DNA of 61,684 nucleotides, filler included, from Chiloscyllium plagiosum (lineage: Eukaryota), in assembly GCF_004010195.1 (NCBI RefSeq). It is 4 parts of one record of this genome, joined end to end, with 100 filler letters (N's around TTAATTAATTAA, not from the genome) between each part and the next. Parts side by side here need not be neighbours in the genome. Positions count along the whole stretch, not along the records: positions 1 to 20,611 come from NC_057717.1; 3 more parts are not named here. One strand, written 5' to 3'. The notes under the pieces are model-generated. The model was given only the letters and a program-made list of their open reading frames with translations. It was not told the DNA's origin and made no database searches. Below are positions 1 to 10,816 of this stretch, in pieces (the first letter of the stretch is position 1; each line of letters opens with the position of its first letter). The position numbers and the translations under genes are program-made.

Positions 1-30
1 TCATAAGCTCATGAAGAAGAAATGTGCAAC

Positions 31-174
31 TGGCTAATTAATACGGCTATGTATAGTGCTATGGTTTTAATTGGTCTTTTTGTTGGTATTGCGATAGTGA
101 AGTGTATTATTGCTAAAATATTAACTTCTAATTACAATATTGATCCACCCAGAAAATCCTTCTTCTCCACTTAA
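31..174 (+). pseudogene. Probable endogenous retrovirus env C-terminal (transmembrane anchor) relic
   Basis: Translates WLINTAMYSAMVLIGLFVGIAIVKCIIAKILTS..., a hydrophobic span followed by KC, upstream of a polypurine tract and TG. Paralog at ~30327-30472 (-). Confidence 0.5.
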
Positions 175-304
175 ATGAAGATGAGGAAACACCATTGCCT
201 GCCCTTGGTTCCTCTTCGAAGGAAGAGGAAGTAATGCAGTTTTTTACTGCCATCGAATTGAAATGATTTGTTCCATGCCTTTATGATGTGGTCATAGAAT
301 GACC

Positions 305-1017
305 AAAGGGGGAAGATGAGGATTTAAATTTGAATTTAGTTTATTGCTTGAAGCAATAAGTATATGTGGATTTTGGCTTAACACAAAAAAAAAAATGTTT
401 TCAATTTAAAAGATAACACTGATTTGGCTGAGAATATTGATTGAACCCTGTGAAATTGTACTGGTGATTTGCAGAATTAAGCTGAAATTCTAAGATAAGA
501 GAACAACAGTGTTTGCATAAAATAAATACTGACACATTATTTGATCATTTGAAATAGCCTTGAACGTTTGCCATGGCATGACAATTTATGTAAATAAGAT
601 TTCTTTTCCAAGGAATTACCATTGGATTAACATGCTGTCAATCTTGCCTCTATATTACAGTCGAGTGGACGTTTTTGTAATTAAGAACTCTTTCCTAGGA
701 ATTATCATTGGATTAAGCTGCTGCAAATCATGTCACCATATTATATGTGAATAGTCTTTCTTGTAATTAAGGCTGTAGTAATCATCAAAAAACGTGTAAA
801 TAATGCCTAATTTTCAAATATAACTGTGCAATTTCACCACAGAACACAGAAGCTCTAACTTGTGAGTTGCTGGATAGAATTGCTTCAAGGTACCTTAATT
901 CAATAAACAAATGACGCTTGCTTTTTGAACAGACCACATTCGTTGATTCTTTTGACCGATCTCGAACCAAAAGGCCCCTCTTGAGGGGTCTGAGATCTTC
1001 AAGACCTGGAGGCATCA
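305..1017 (+). mobile_element. Polypurine tract (305-316) plus putative 3' LTR (317 to ~1017) of an ERV/LTR element
   Basis: AAAGGGGGAAGA immediately followed by TGAGG; AATAAA at 902-907; ends ...CATCA. The paralog reads AAAGCGGGAGGGAAA-TGAGG ... CAACA. The 3' boundary is uncertain. Confidence 0.55.
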
Positions 1018-2029
1018 AATGACAATGGACACACCACAAATGGATGCATGCAGAAGCTGTGATTGTGAAAGAAAATTGGTGAACCTTATATTGTTGGCAA
1101 TTTTGTGATCGAATCCACACCATTATGTTCCTGCTTTCAGCGGAATAATACCAGGAAAATTCAAGAAATCAACGTGGTCCTTGGAAGGAACAGCTGTCCT
1201 TAATTCATTCCGAGTGAGAACTGTCTCAGAATGAACCTTCGAACAAGAAATGCCCGTCACATTCACACGTACGTTTCGCCTCGACTCATAATTTATTCAG
1301 TCAGATTCTCTCGCACGTGAAGAAGCATATATGAAGAGAGAAGTGAAGGTCATGTTATAGCTTGATGGCCTTTCTCCTATGGCTGAACCTGAACTGGGTA
1401 AAATTCCTGGAAATGCTGTTTTGTTCGTTTCATTTTATTAATTTTGCTGCAACCTCACTCTGTGCAGTGCAATGACCGGAAGTGAATTGGATATACTTCA
1501 TTGGAACGTTTAAAGATGTATTAAATTTTACTTCGAATTTATTTCAGCTTAAATGAAACACTGATGAGAAAAACAGAAGGTTAAACAGCAAAAACAAAAT
1601 GCCCGTTTTGGTGCTCTGTTACATTGGCCGATTTCAGTGGGTATCAAATGAACCCAACATCGTGGTGATTGTCCTCAAATGTTTAAGGCATGTGATTAAA
1701 GCAAGAAATCGATCTCCAAACGACGGGTTACTTCATGTGGAATATTAATGCAAATTCTTCAAAATCGTTGGATTTTTTGGCCGAATCTTATTCAGCTGCA
1801 CCTGTTCACGATATTTCTTTACATTTAAAGTCATCCAAATTAGACATTGAATTCCTTGCATTTTCCATTCTCCACACCCCACTTTGACACTTATACCCCG
1901 CCACAGGCTGTCTCTCTCCTAGTGAAACTCACTGCTTGTGTATCTCCAAATTTGTCTTTCCAAATGTTTTGGAAACGGATTCTCTGAGTGACAGACGAGT
2001 ATCTCAACCGCTCTCTATCCCCGTATATT

Positions 2030-2125
2030 TCACATGAAGAAGGGGCAGTCCTCAGGCATGTGATTTCAAATAAATCTGCTGGATTATAACCTGGTGTTAC
2101 TGCTGACCTTATCCCCGCATTATCC
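2030..2125 (+). mobile_element. Degenerate PLE pseudo-LTR tail (family 3); paralogs ~13810-13910 (+) and ~25115-25215 (-)
   Basis: CAC(C/A)TGAAGAAGG...AATAAA..TGGA(C/T)TATAACCTGGTGT resembles the hammerhead-bearing tail at 19980-20115. Confidence 0.55.
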
Positions 2126-2139
2126 ATGGCTAATTAACT

Positions 2140-2250
2140 TAACTTATTGAATTCACTCCATGGACACGAGAGTGCAATTTAACATGGCAAATCCACCTAA
2201 CCTGCAGACCTAACAGCAGTGCTAACCACTGAGCAAATGTACCATCACAA
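2140..2250 (-). mobile_element. Internally deleted HE1/V-SINE remnant; paralogs ~13940-14035 and ~24995-25100
   Basis: Reverse complement reads GCTCAGTGGTTAGCACTGC joined to GGTTAGGTGGATTTGCCATGTTAAATTGC; both blocks are present in the SINE at 34125. Confidence 0.7.
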
Positions 2251-2694
2251 TAAGCACCATGCCTCTCATTTTAATGGCTTTATAACCTGGTAACTCAGCC
2301 TAGTGAAAGCAAGCTGCGCCCATCAAACCGAATTCAAAGCATCCAAGCACGACTCTGTGCAGTGCAACCTCATTATTGCTGCAAGAAATGTTTCTGCACT
2401 CAGATCTGAATCGCTTTACCATGTTTCTCCCTCAGCTTCATGCTTCGAGTAAACACTTCAATCTGGATTAAGTCTATCAAATGGTTTTCATTCCAACACG
2501 GACACAGTGTGAAGCTTGCAGAAGTCACGTCTTTGCACATTCACCTACATTCTATCTCCACGGGAGTTGCAGTCCTTCCCCACACTGGTTCAGAAAGCAC
2601 TGTACTCTCTGTGACATGCCAAATCGAGAATGGAACGACAAACATTAATAATCCTCACTGGGGAACAGAGTGACTGTTTTAAAATATTTACAAT

Positions 2695-2755
2695 GCCCGC
2701 TGTTGGGGGTTAAACCCGGTGACAGGCGGTAAACACACCAAGATACTACCGAGGA
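2695..2755 (-). pseudogene. tRNA-Asp(GTC) pseudogene, internally deleted
   Basis: Reverse complement TCCTCGGTAGTAT...CCGCCTGTCAC|CGGGTTTAACCCCC vs vertebrate tRNA-Asp TCCTCGTTAGTATAGTGG...CCCGCCTGTCACGCGGGAGACCGGGGTTCG; ~10 nt missing. Confidence 0.8.
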
Positions 2756-2813
2756 AAACAACGTCGAAGGAAGTCCTTCAACCTGTTGTGGCCACATTTG
2801 CCAAAAACAGCTG

Positions 2814-3807
2814 GTTACAACTGGTCTACCACAAGTATCTGTTTTGGGACCACTGCTGTTTGTCATTTTTATAAATGACTTAGACACAGGCATAGATGGA
2901 TGAATTGGTAAGTTTCCAGACGATAAGAAAGTTGGTGGAGTAGTGGAGAGTGTGGAAGAATGTTACAGGTTGCAGGGGGACTTTCATAAACTGCAGAATT
3001 GGACTGAGAGTTGGTAAATGGAGTTCAATGCAGTTAAATGTGAGGTGATGCACTTTGAGAAGGATAACGGGAAGGCAGAGTACTGGGTCGATGGAAAGAT
3101 TCTTTGTAGTGTGGATGTGCAGAGGGATCTTGAAGTCCATGTACATAGATCCCTGAAAGTTGCCACTCAGGTGGATAGTGCTGTTAAGAAGGCATACGAT
3201 GTCTTAGGTTTCATTTGTAGACGGATTGAGTTCCAGAGCCGCAATATCATGCTGCAAATGTACAAAATGCTGGTGCGGCCACACTTGGAATATTGTGTCC
3301 AGTTTTTTGCCCCATATTTTGGTGAAGGATGTGGAAGCATTGGAAAAGGTGAACAGAAGATTTACCAGGATGTTGCCTGGTCTGGAGGGAAGGTCTTCTG
3401 AGTAAAGGCTGAAAGACTTGAACCTGCTCTTATTTGGCAAGAAGAAAGCTAAGAGGGGATTTAATAGAGACATACAAGATGATCAGAGGATTAGATAGGG
3501 TGCACAGTGGAAATCATTTTTCCTAGGATGATGACGTCAGCATGTACGAGGGGACATAGTAGCAAATTGAGGAGTAATAGATTTGACAGGTGACAGAGGC
3601 AGGTTCTTTACGCAGAGTGGTAAGGGTGTAGAATGCCCTACCTGCTAATGTAGTCAACTCAGCCATATTAGGGAGATTTAATCAATCCTTAGATAAGCAC
3701 TTGGATGATTTTGGGATAGTGTAGGGGGACGAGCTGAGAAAAGTTCACAGGTCGGTGCAAATCGAATGCTGAAGGGCCTACACTGCACTGTATTGTTCTA
3801 TGTTCTA
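2814..3807 (+). mobile_element. 5'-truncated CR1 LINE (RT C-terminus, 3' UTR, (TTCTATG)n tail)
   Basis: Translates VLGPLLFVIFINDLD, FPDD, MEFNAVKCEVMHF and LVRPHLEYCVQF, with stops. Absent from copy A3 (empty site ~14590). Confidence 0.95.
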
Positions 3808-3844
3808 TCTACTTAACGACCTGAATCAAATTTTCCATCGTTTA

Positions 3845-4285
3845 GCACATAGCCTTATATGTCTTTGCATCGCCAATTCACATCTGGATATTTCTTCAGG
3901 TTATGAGGATTTCTGTCCCTCTGACCCGTACGGACAGTGCATTCCAAAGTCCGACCACCAGCTGGCTGATAAAGCTATTGAAACCTTGCTGCTTTTCCCT
4001 GAAATCTCTGGCCCCCAATGTTCGATCTGTCCATCAGTAGGAAAAGTTTCTTTCTATCAATATCCCTCATTATTTTGTTCATCTCAATCATTGTCTTCTC
4101 TCAATCTCATCTGCTCGGCGACAAACAAGCCATGTCTGTCCTGTCTCTCTTCATAACTGAAAATCATCAGCCCGCAGAATATCCTCGCGAATCTCTCCTG
4201 CACCGTTCCCAGTGCGGTCACTTCCATGCTATAATATGAATTGTAGAACTGCACACAATACAATGGGTAGAGCCAAATGAACATT
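3845..4285 (-). mobile_element. Old CR1 3' fragment; paralogs ~14625-15068 (-) and ~22955-23390 (+)
   Basis: ORF 4084-4284 YCVQF...VQERFARIFCGL..SYEERQDRHGLF is a degenerate CR1 ORF2 C-terminus. Confidence 0.85.
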
Positions 4286-4996
4286 TTTAAAAATTCTGTT
4301 ACAGGATAATGTGTGTCGCTGGCTCGGTAGCATTTAATGCTAACTCTAATTGCCCAGCAAGCAGTTGATACTGAACCATATCACAACGGTCCGACCAGGT
4401 AAGAATAGCGGTTTCCATCCTCAAATGACATTAATGATGGTTTTGTTTTCTTAACAATTGTAAAAAAATTTTTAGAAGTTACTGCATTTGTAGTACNNNN
4501 NNNNNNNNNNNNNNNNNNNNNNNNNNNNNNNNNNNNNNNNNNNNNNNNNNNNNNNNNNNNNNNNNNNNNNNNNNNNNNNNNNNNNNNNNNNNNNNNNNNN
4601 NNNNNNNNNNNNNNNNNNNNNNNNNNNNNNNNNNNNNNNNNNNNNNNNNNNNNNNNNNNNNNNNNNNNNNNNNNNNNNNNNNNNNNNNNNNNNNNNNNNN
4701 NNNNNNNNNNNNNNNNNNNNNNNNNNNNNNNNNNNNNNNNNNNNNNNNNNNNNNNNNNNNNNNNNNNNNNNNNNNNNNNNNNNNNNNNNNNNNNNNNNNN
4801 NNNNNNNNNNNNNNNNNNNNNNNNNNNNNNNNNNNNNNNNNNNNNNNNNNNNNNNNNNNNNNNNNNNNNNNNNNNNNNNNNNNNNNNNNNNNNNNNNNNN
4901 NNNNNNNNNNNNNNNNNNNNNNNNNNNNNNNNNNNNNNNNNNNNNNNNNNNNNNNNNNNNNNNNNNNNNNNNNNNNNNNNNNNNNNNNNNNNNNNN

Positions 4997-5268
4997 ACGC
5001 AATATTGCAACAGTGGCCTAACCAATGTCCTGTACAGTCGCAACATGACCTCCCAACTCCTGTACTCAACACTCTGACCAAAAAAGGAAAGCATACCAGA
5101 TGCCTTCTTCACTATCCTATCTACCTGCGACTCCACTTTCAAGGAGCTATGAACTTCCACTTTGTTCAGCAACACTCCCTAGGGTCTTACCATTAAGTGT
5201 ATAACTCCTGCTAAGATTTGCTTTCCCAAACTTCAGCACCTCACATGTATCCGAATTAAACTCCATCA
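4997..5268 (-). mobile_element. CR1 LINE fragment abutting a gap
   Basis: VHSSLKVESQVDRIVKKA...YRTLVRPLLQYC. Confidence 0.9.
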
Positions 5269-6307
5269 CTTTATACCTTTTCTTTAATCATGTCTTGTTA
5301 GCTTATCAGAATGCCTACTGTGTTAGTCAGAATTACCTCACTCCAGCTATACAATAACCCAATGGTGCTAATTCCCATTATCGTTCTACTTCTGCCACTA
5401 TGGGGTTTCCTACTTTATTCTACTGTAACTATTAAGTATTCTACTGCTACCTGTGCTCAATGAAGCTCCATCCCAGACTAACCTGTCATGATTAGATGTT
5501 TAGCTACCCCATCTATCACAATGTTTTCCTGTCCCAAGCTGACTCTACTAACTACTAATTAGATATTTAATGTCATATCCTGCTACAAGTGTCTCAAGCA
5601 GGCTGACTGTGCTATCAATTAATTATTTAAAGTCATGTCCGAAGTATGTACTGTCATGACTTGTCCCAAACTGCCATAATGATATTTAGTAGGCGAGGCT
5701 GACTTTACTAATTGTTCTTATCTCAGCCTGCCATAGTAACCTTTCAGCACATTCTGACTCTGCTAATTGGTGTAGGAGCATTCCACTATTCTTATCCCAT
5801 CCTGCCACATTAGCTCCATCCTGCCAAAGTCATCTTTTGACTAGTGTAGCATTCTGCAGACCCCTTGTAACAGATCGCCATGCCTTTACCCTTCCCATGC
5901 TTTCATGCTCTGTATTTTCTGTGCAGTGTTGGGATCTTTCATCAGATATCTGTTTATCTTCACCCCACTTTCTCGTACCTGGTCCTTATCCATATGTGCT
6001 CTCGCTTCTCAAGTATTCGGTTAAATACTCCTGAAATGCTTTGATGACTCATGCTTTACCACACGTTCAAACAGTGAATTCCAAATAAACAACACTCTAA
6101 GAGTGAAAACGTTCTTTCTATATCTCCTCCGAACATCCTCTCCCTTGCGTTTAACGGAGATCCCTGGTTGTTAACTCTTCCCATAAGAAGTTCATTCCTA
6201 CCGGACATACCGATCCCCTTAATGTGCACCTTAATCACTTCCTCACTCAGCCTTCTCCGCTCCCAGATAAAGAGCCTGAGCTGAGCTCGTCTATCTTCGC
6301 CACGGCA

Positions 6308-6717
6308 ATAGTGTCGTGCTGGAAATGCAGGTCAGGCAGCATCCGAGGAGCGGGAGAATCGACGTTTCTGGCATAAATCTTTCATCAGGAATGAGGTTTG
6401 TGGGTGGGGGCTGAGAGATAATTGGGAGGGGGTTAGGGTTGGGTGAAAGGTAGCTGGGAAAGCAAATGGTGGATGGAGGCGATGAGAAGGTGATAAGTCA
6501 GAGGGGGAGAGATGAATAGGTCCGGAGGATGGTGCTGAGTTGGATGTTTCAGACTGTGATAATGTGGGTGGAGGGGAAATGAGGAAGCCGCTGAAATCCA
6601 CATTTATCCCGTGTGGTTGCAGGGTTCCAAGGCAGAACATGAGGCGTTCATCTTCCAGGCGTCAGGTGGTAACGGTTTGGTGGTGGCTTATGCCCGAAAC
6701 GTCGATTGTCCTGCTCT
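6308..6717 (-). mobile_element. PLE 3' fragment (GIY-YIG end plus pseudo-LTR with decayed hammerhead at 6357-6392) with an inverted partial pLTR at 6685-6717; paralog 39405-39795
   Basis: CLGTLQPHGINVDF matches the end of ORF 26353-27543; reverse complement has CTGATGAA...GAAACGTC. Confidence 0.9.
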
Positions 6718-7160
6718 GGTATGTCTTGGCATCACAAATTCACATCTGAAAACTTCTGAAAGTTCTGAGGATTTCTGCCTCTGCAACCTTTGCATGCACT
6801 GAGTTCCAGATTTCAACCAACCGCTGTTTCAAAACATTTGTCTGCACATTCACTCAAATCTTTCCTCTTCTATCCTTAAATCTATGCCACCCTGCCCCTC
6901 CCCCGTGATCGATCTCACCATCAAAGAGAAACATTGATTTCAGTGTACACCATCCATATTCCTGATTATTTTATACATTTCAATCATGTTTCCTCTCAAT
7001 CTCTTCGACTCTAAGGAAAACGCCTCCAGTCTGTTCAATTTCTCTTCATAACTGAAACTCTTCTACCCAGACAATATCCTGGTAAATCTCTCCTGCATCA
7101 TTTCCAGTGCTATCATATCCATGCTATCATGCGAATTGCAGAACTGCACACAATAGACAA
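6718..7160 (-). mobile_element. Old CR1 3' fragment; paralogs ~36755-37150 and ~38040-38330 (+)
   Basis: Reverse complement contains GGAGAGATTTACCAGGATATTGTCTGG...GTTATGAAGAGAAATTG, similar to the CR1 at 3350-3480. Confidence 0.8.
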
Positions 7161-7759
7161 GACAGAGCAAGTGAAATAAATGATGTAGAAGTAAACAGAC
7201 AGAAGTATTTTCGAATAAACTTTCTTTTCCTCAGTGCTGCCCTGAGTCCTTTTCCAGAGCCTGATGTTCTAATAATCTCTGGTCCATGTGGTAAAAGCTG
7301 CTACTTGAGAATTGATCTCACATACTTGGTATCGAAATGGATTGATTGACTTGAAGGTGAGCACATGGTTCTTCTATAACGGCACAGAGGCGCAAGAAAT
7401 GCCAAATCTGGGAGTGCTTCTGGTCAAAGGCGGGGACGAAGAGCATAATTATTGTATTAGGATACAACACCAGCATTAACCTGCACTACAGACTGGCTCA
7501 GCTGAAGCGTGCTGGAGCCTTCAGCGAGAGGTCGATTAATTGAAAGCATTCTCTGAAATTTTCCTTAACAATGTTTTCCTTAACAATGTTTTGTTACTTT
7601 GACAGTAAGAGCTGTTTTTGATCACACCAGTCTCTTGCTCCCAGTAAACACTCCAGACCAGCGTACATCACTTTCATTCCAACACAGCCACATGTCATAT
7701 TCTCATTCCCTCTGTGATAATTAGAATTAACAATATCATTCTCTGAGATGCAGCAATGT

Positions 7760-8556
7760 AGCATGAAGTTGACAGAGTAGTGAACAAAGAAGAACAAAGA
7801 ACAGAGAAAATTTACAGCCCAGGAACACGCCCTTTGGACGTCGAAGATTGAGCTGATCCAAATCCATTGTCTAAACCTATCACCCAATTCCAAAGCATCT
7901 CTCTGCACTCTTCCTACACATGCATCTGTCCAGGCGCACCTGAAATGAATCTACCATGCCTGCGTCTAATACCTCTGCTGGCAACACGTTCCAGGCACCT
8001 ATCACCCTCGGTGTAAAATACTTCCAATGACTATCTCTCTTAAAGTTTTCAACCTTCACCTTGAATGCGTGACCTCTCATTATTAAATCCCTCACCTTGG
8101 GGAAAATCTTATCCCTATCCACCCTGGCTATGCCCTTCATAATTTTGTAGACGTCAATCAGGTCCCCCTCAATCTCGTCTTTTCTAATGAAAACAAACAT
8201 TACCTACTCAACCTCTCTTCAGAGCTAGCATCTTCCATACCAGGCAACATCCTCATAATCCTTCTCTGCACCCTCTCCTAAACGTCCACATCGTTTTGGT
8301 AATTTGCCAACCAGAACTGTATACAGTATTCTAAATGCAGTTGAACCAAAATCTTGTACAATTTTAGCATGACCTTCCGTTACCGTATACTTGGCTCTAG
8401 AAGTAGACTTCCCAAAATGCATCACCTCACATTTGCCTGGACTCAACTCCATCTGCCAATTCTCCGCTCAACTCTCCTGTCTATCTATTTCTCCTTCATT
8501 CTTTGACAGTCCCCTATGCTTTCTGCTACTCCACCAATCTTCGTGTCATCTGCAAT
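7760..8556 (-). mobile_element. 5'-truncated CR1 LINE specific to arm A3
   Basis: FADDTKIGG, KCEVMHFG, GDLIDVYKIMKG and RVIGAWNVLP motifs. Confidence 0.92.
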
Positions 8557-9830
8557 TGTAATGGCGATATTTGGGCTAGCAACCCTTGGAGACTGGAGCA
8601 TGGCGGCTGCTGGTAATTAGATTCGATGAATAAAATCTGGAATAGAAACCCGCTCAGAGGAAGAATGACATTGATCTCCATTCAAAAGGGAAATCTGCTG
8701 TCCTTAACAAGACTTGCCAACATATAACTCCAGACCAACAATAGTACGGTTCACCCATAAATTCCCTCTGACTCAGTACAAGGAGATTTAAGGATGAACA
8801 ACAAATGTTGTTCAGACGATGATGGCCACACTCCGTGGGAGAATAAGGAAGGATAAAAAAGATGCATGGATGTCGGGGAAAAATGGGAATCGTCTCAGCG
8901 TGGTCTCAAATTCAGCTGATTATCCAAACTAAATAGAAAGAATGATACCCATGCCTCCATGAAGTCAGGTCCATGGGGGCGGGGTCTATAGGAAGGGATT
9001 CAATTACCAGCTGAAATGTAAACTCACTTCCTCAGTCGCAATGTGGGCAGGTCATACACCACTCCCATATGTGAGAAGGAATCAGTCAGGAGACCAACCT
9101 GCAGAGTTGCCATCAGGTTTAGAAATGATAGCAAGGGTCCGATTCTGCTGTTATTGCAGGTGTTCATCCCATCCAGTAATGAACCATGCTTGGATGCCTG
9201 ATTCCAGTGGAGTACCACTGTTTCCTGATGTAAATCAATAATTCAAACTTAGTTGTAGGAGTCATGTTTAGATGTTTACAGACGATGCAACAATTGGTCG
9301 TGTAGGTGACTGTGATTAATAAGATCAGGGATCGCAGGGATGTATCAGTCAGGTGGAAAGGAAAAACGGCGAATGGAATTGAATCCAAACCAATGTGGTA
9401 ATGAATATAGAGAGTTGAAATAATAGCAGTGAGGATTCTGAGTGGTGTACAGGAACAAAGAGATTTTGGAGTAGATATTCACAGATCCTGAAGATTGTTG
9501 GACAGGGAGATCAGTTGTACGAGAGGCTCTTTGTTGACCACAGTCTGAGAATGATATTCCATCTTTAGCGAACGCCAGTTTCGGAAACAACTGAAGGAAT
9601 GAGCACAAGTCTGGCCAATGCGATAGTCAACATTTTTCAAAATTGTAAAATAAAATGTGGAGGGCTCGAGTATAACTCTTTGCCCATCAAGACGGCTTCA
9701 CCACTCAATGAATTTACCACTGCTTCCTCTCCAAGTCATGCTAGTAAGTGCCTTGGAGGGTAATTCATAAATGGTGACGTTTCAGTGCATCTTCAACCTT
9801 GTCGTTATAGTCGGTACAGTCTTTGAGCTT

Positions 9831-9948
9831 GGTAAAAACAATGACTGCAGATGCTGGAAACCAGATTCTGGATTAGTGGTGCTGGAAGAGCACAGCAGTT
9901 CAGGCAGCATCCAAGGAGCTTCGAAATTGACGTTTCGGGCAAAAGCCC
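9831..9948 (-). mobile_element. 118-bp PLE pseudo-LTR tail with a perfect 12-bp target-site duplication
   Basis: Reverse complement of 27822-27929; GTCTTTGAGCTT at both 9819-9830 and 9949-9960. Confidence 0.92.
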
Positions 9949-10816
9949 GTCTTTGAGCTTTGAAGGTTCTGTCAACAAAGCCTGGATGACTTACTTCAGT
10001 GAACGTTCTAGGTGGCGCACTCTGCTGCAATTGTGCCTCAGCATTTAAGAAAATAACTATTCAGGCGTTGAACAATTTACAGTTAAATGACTGTATTGTC
10101 GTGGAGGGTGCCCTGTTCCTTCAGTGGTATTTCAGTGGCACCCACCTCGGCAAATGGAGAGAGTTCTGTTCAACTTCTAATTTGTGCGTTGCGGACGATA
10201 TAGGCTTCACGGAGACAAGGGTTGAGTTAATAATTAATAAGTTAATAATGTTTTTGTTGTCAACTTCTTTTATGCGTGATCGGGTTCCATTTCTCCTAAA
10301 TACTAGCTGTCAGGACGATTACACGGAGCAATTCAGTTACAATGAAGCCATTGAATATCGGCAGCATCCAAGGAGCTTCGAAATTGACGTTTCGGGCAAA
10401 AGCCCGTCTTTGTGCTTTGAAGGTTCTGTCAACAGAGCCTGGATGACTTACTTCAGTGAATGTTCTAGGTGGCGCACTCTGCTGCAATTGTGCCTCAGCA
10501 GTTAAGAAAATAACTATTCAGGCGTTGAACAATTTACAGTTAAATGACTGTATTGTCGTGGAGAGTGCCCTGTTCCTTCAGTGGTATTTCAGTGGCACCC
10601 ACCTCGGCAAATGGAGAGAGTTCTGTTCAACTTCTAATTTGTGCGTTGCGGAAGATATAGGCTTCACGGAGACAAGGGTTGAGTTAATAATTAATAAGTT
10701 AATAATGTTTTTGTTGTCAACTTCTTTTATGCGTGATCGGGTTCCATTTCTCCTAAATACTAGCTGTCAGGACGATTACACGGAGCAATTCAGTTACAAT
10801 GAAGCCATTGAATATC
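9903..10816. repeat. 457-bp tandem duplication (9903-10359, 10360-10816)
   Basis: Near-identical copies; about six substitutions seen by eye. Confidence 0.97.

Larger units (their letters stand above)
1..4496. repeat. Segmental duplication copy A1: inverted copy of ~22733-30502 (A2) and more diverged direct copy of ~11568-15360 (A3)
   Basis: Base 1 TCATAAGCTC is the reverse complement of 30493-30502, and the last bases before the gap at 4496 match 22733 onward. Colinear throughout except for deletions in A1 and the PLE inserted in A2. Confidence 0.95.

Noticed and set aside
4381..5175. Long ORFs spanning N runs (also ~17218-17824, 45168-46630, 55285-56173)
   Set aside because: They are open only because N codons cannot be stops.
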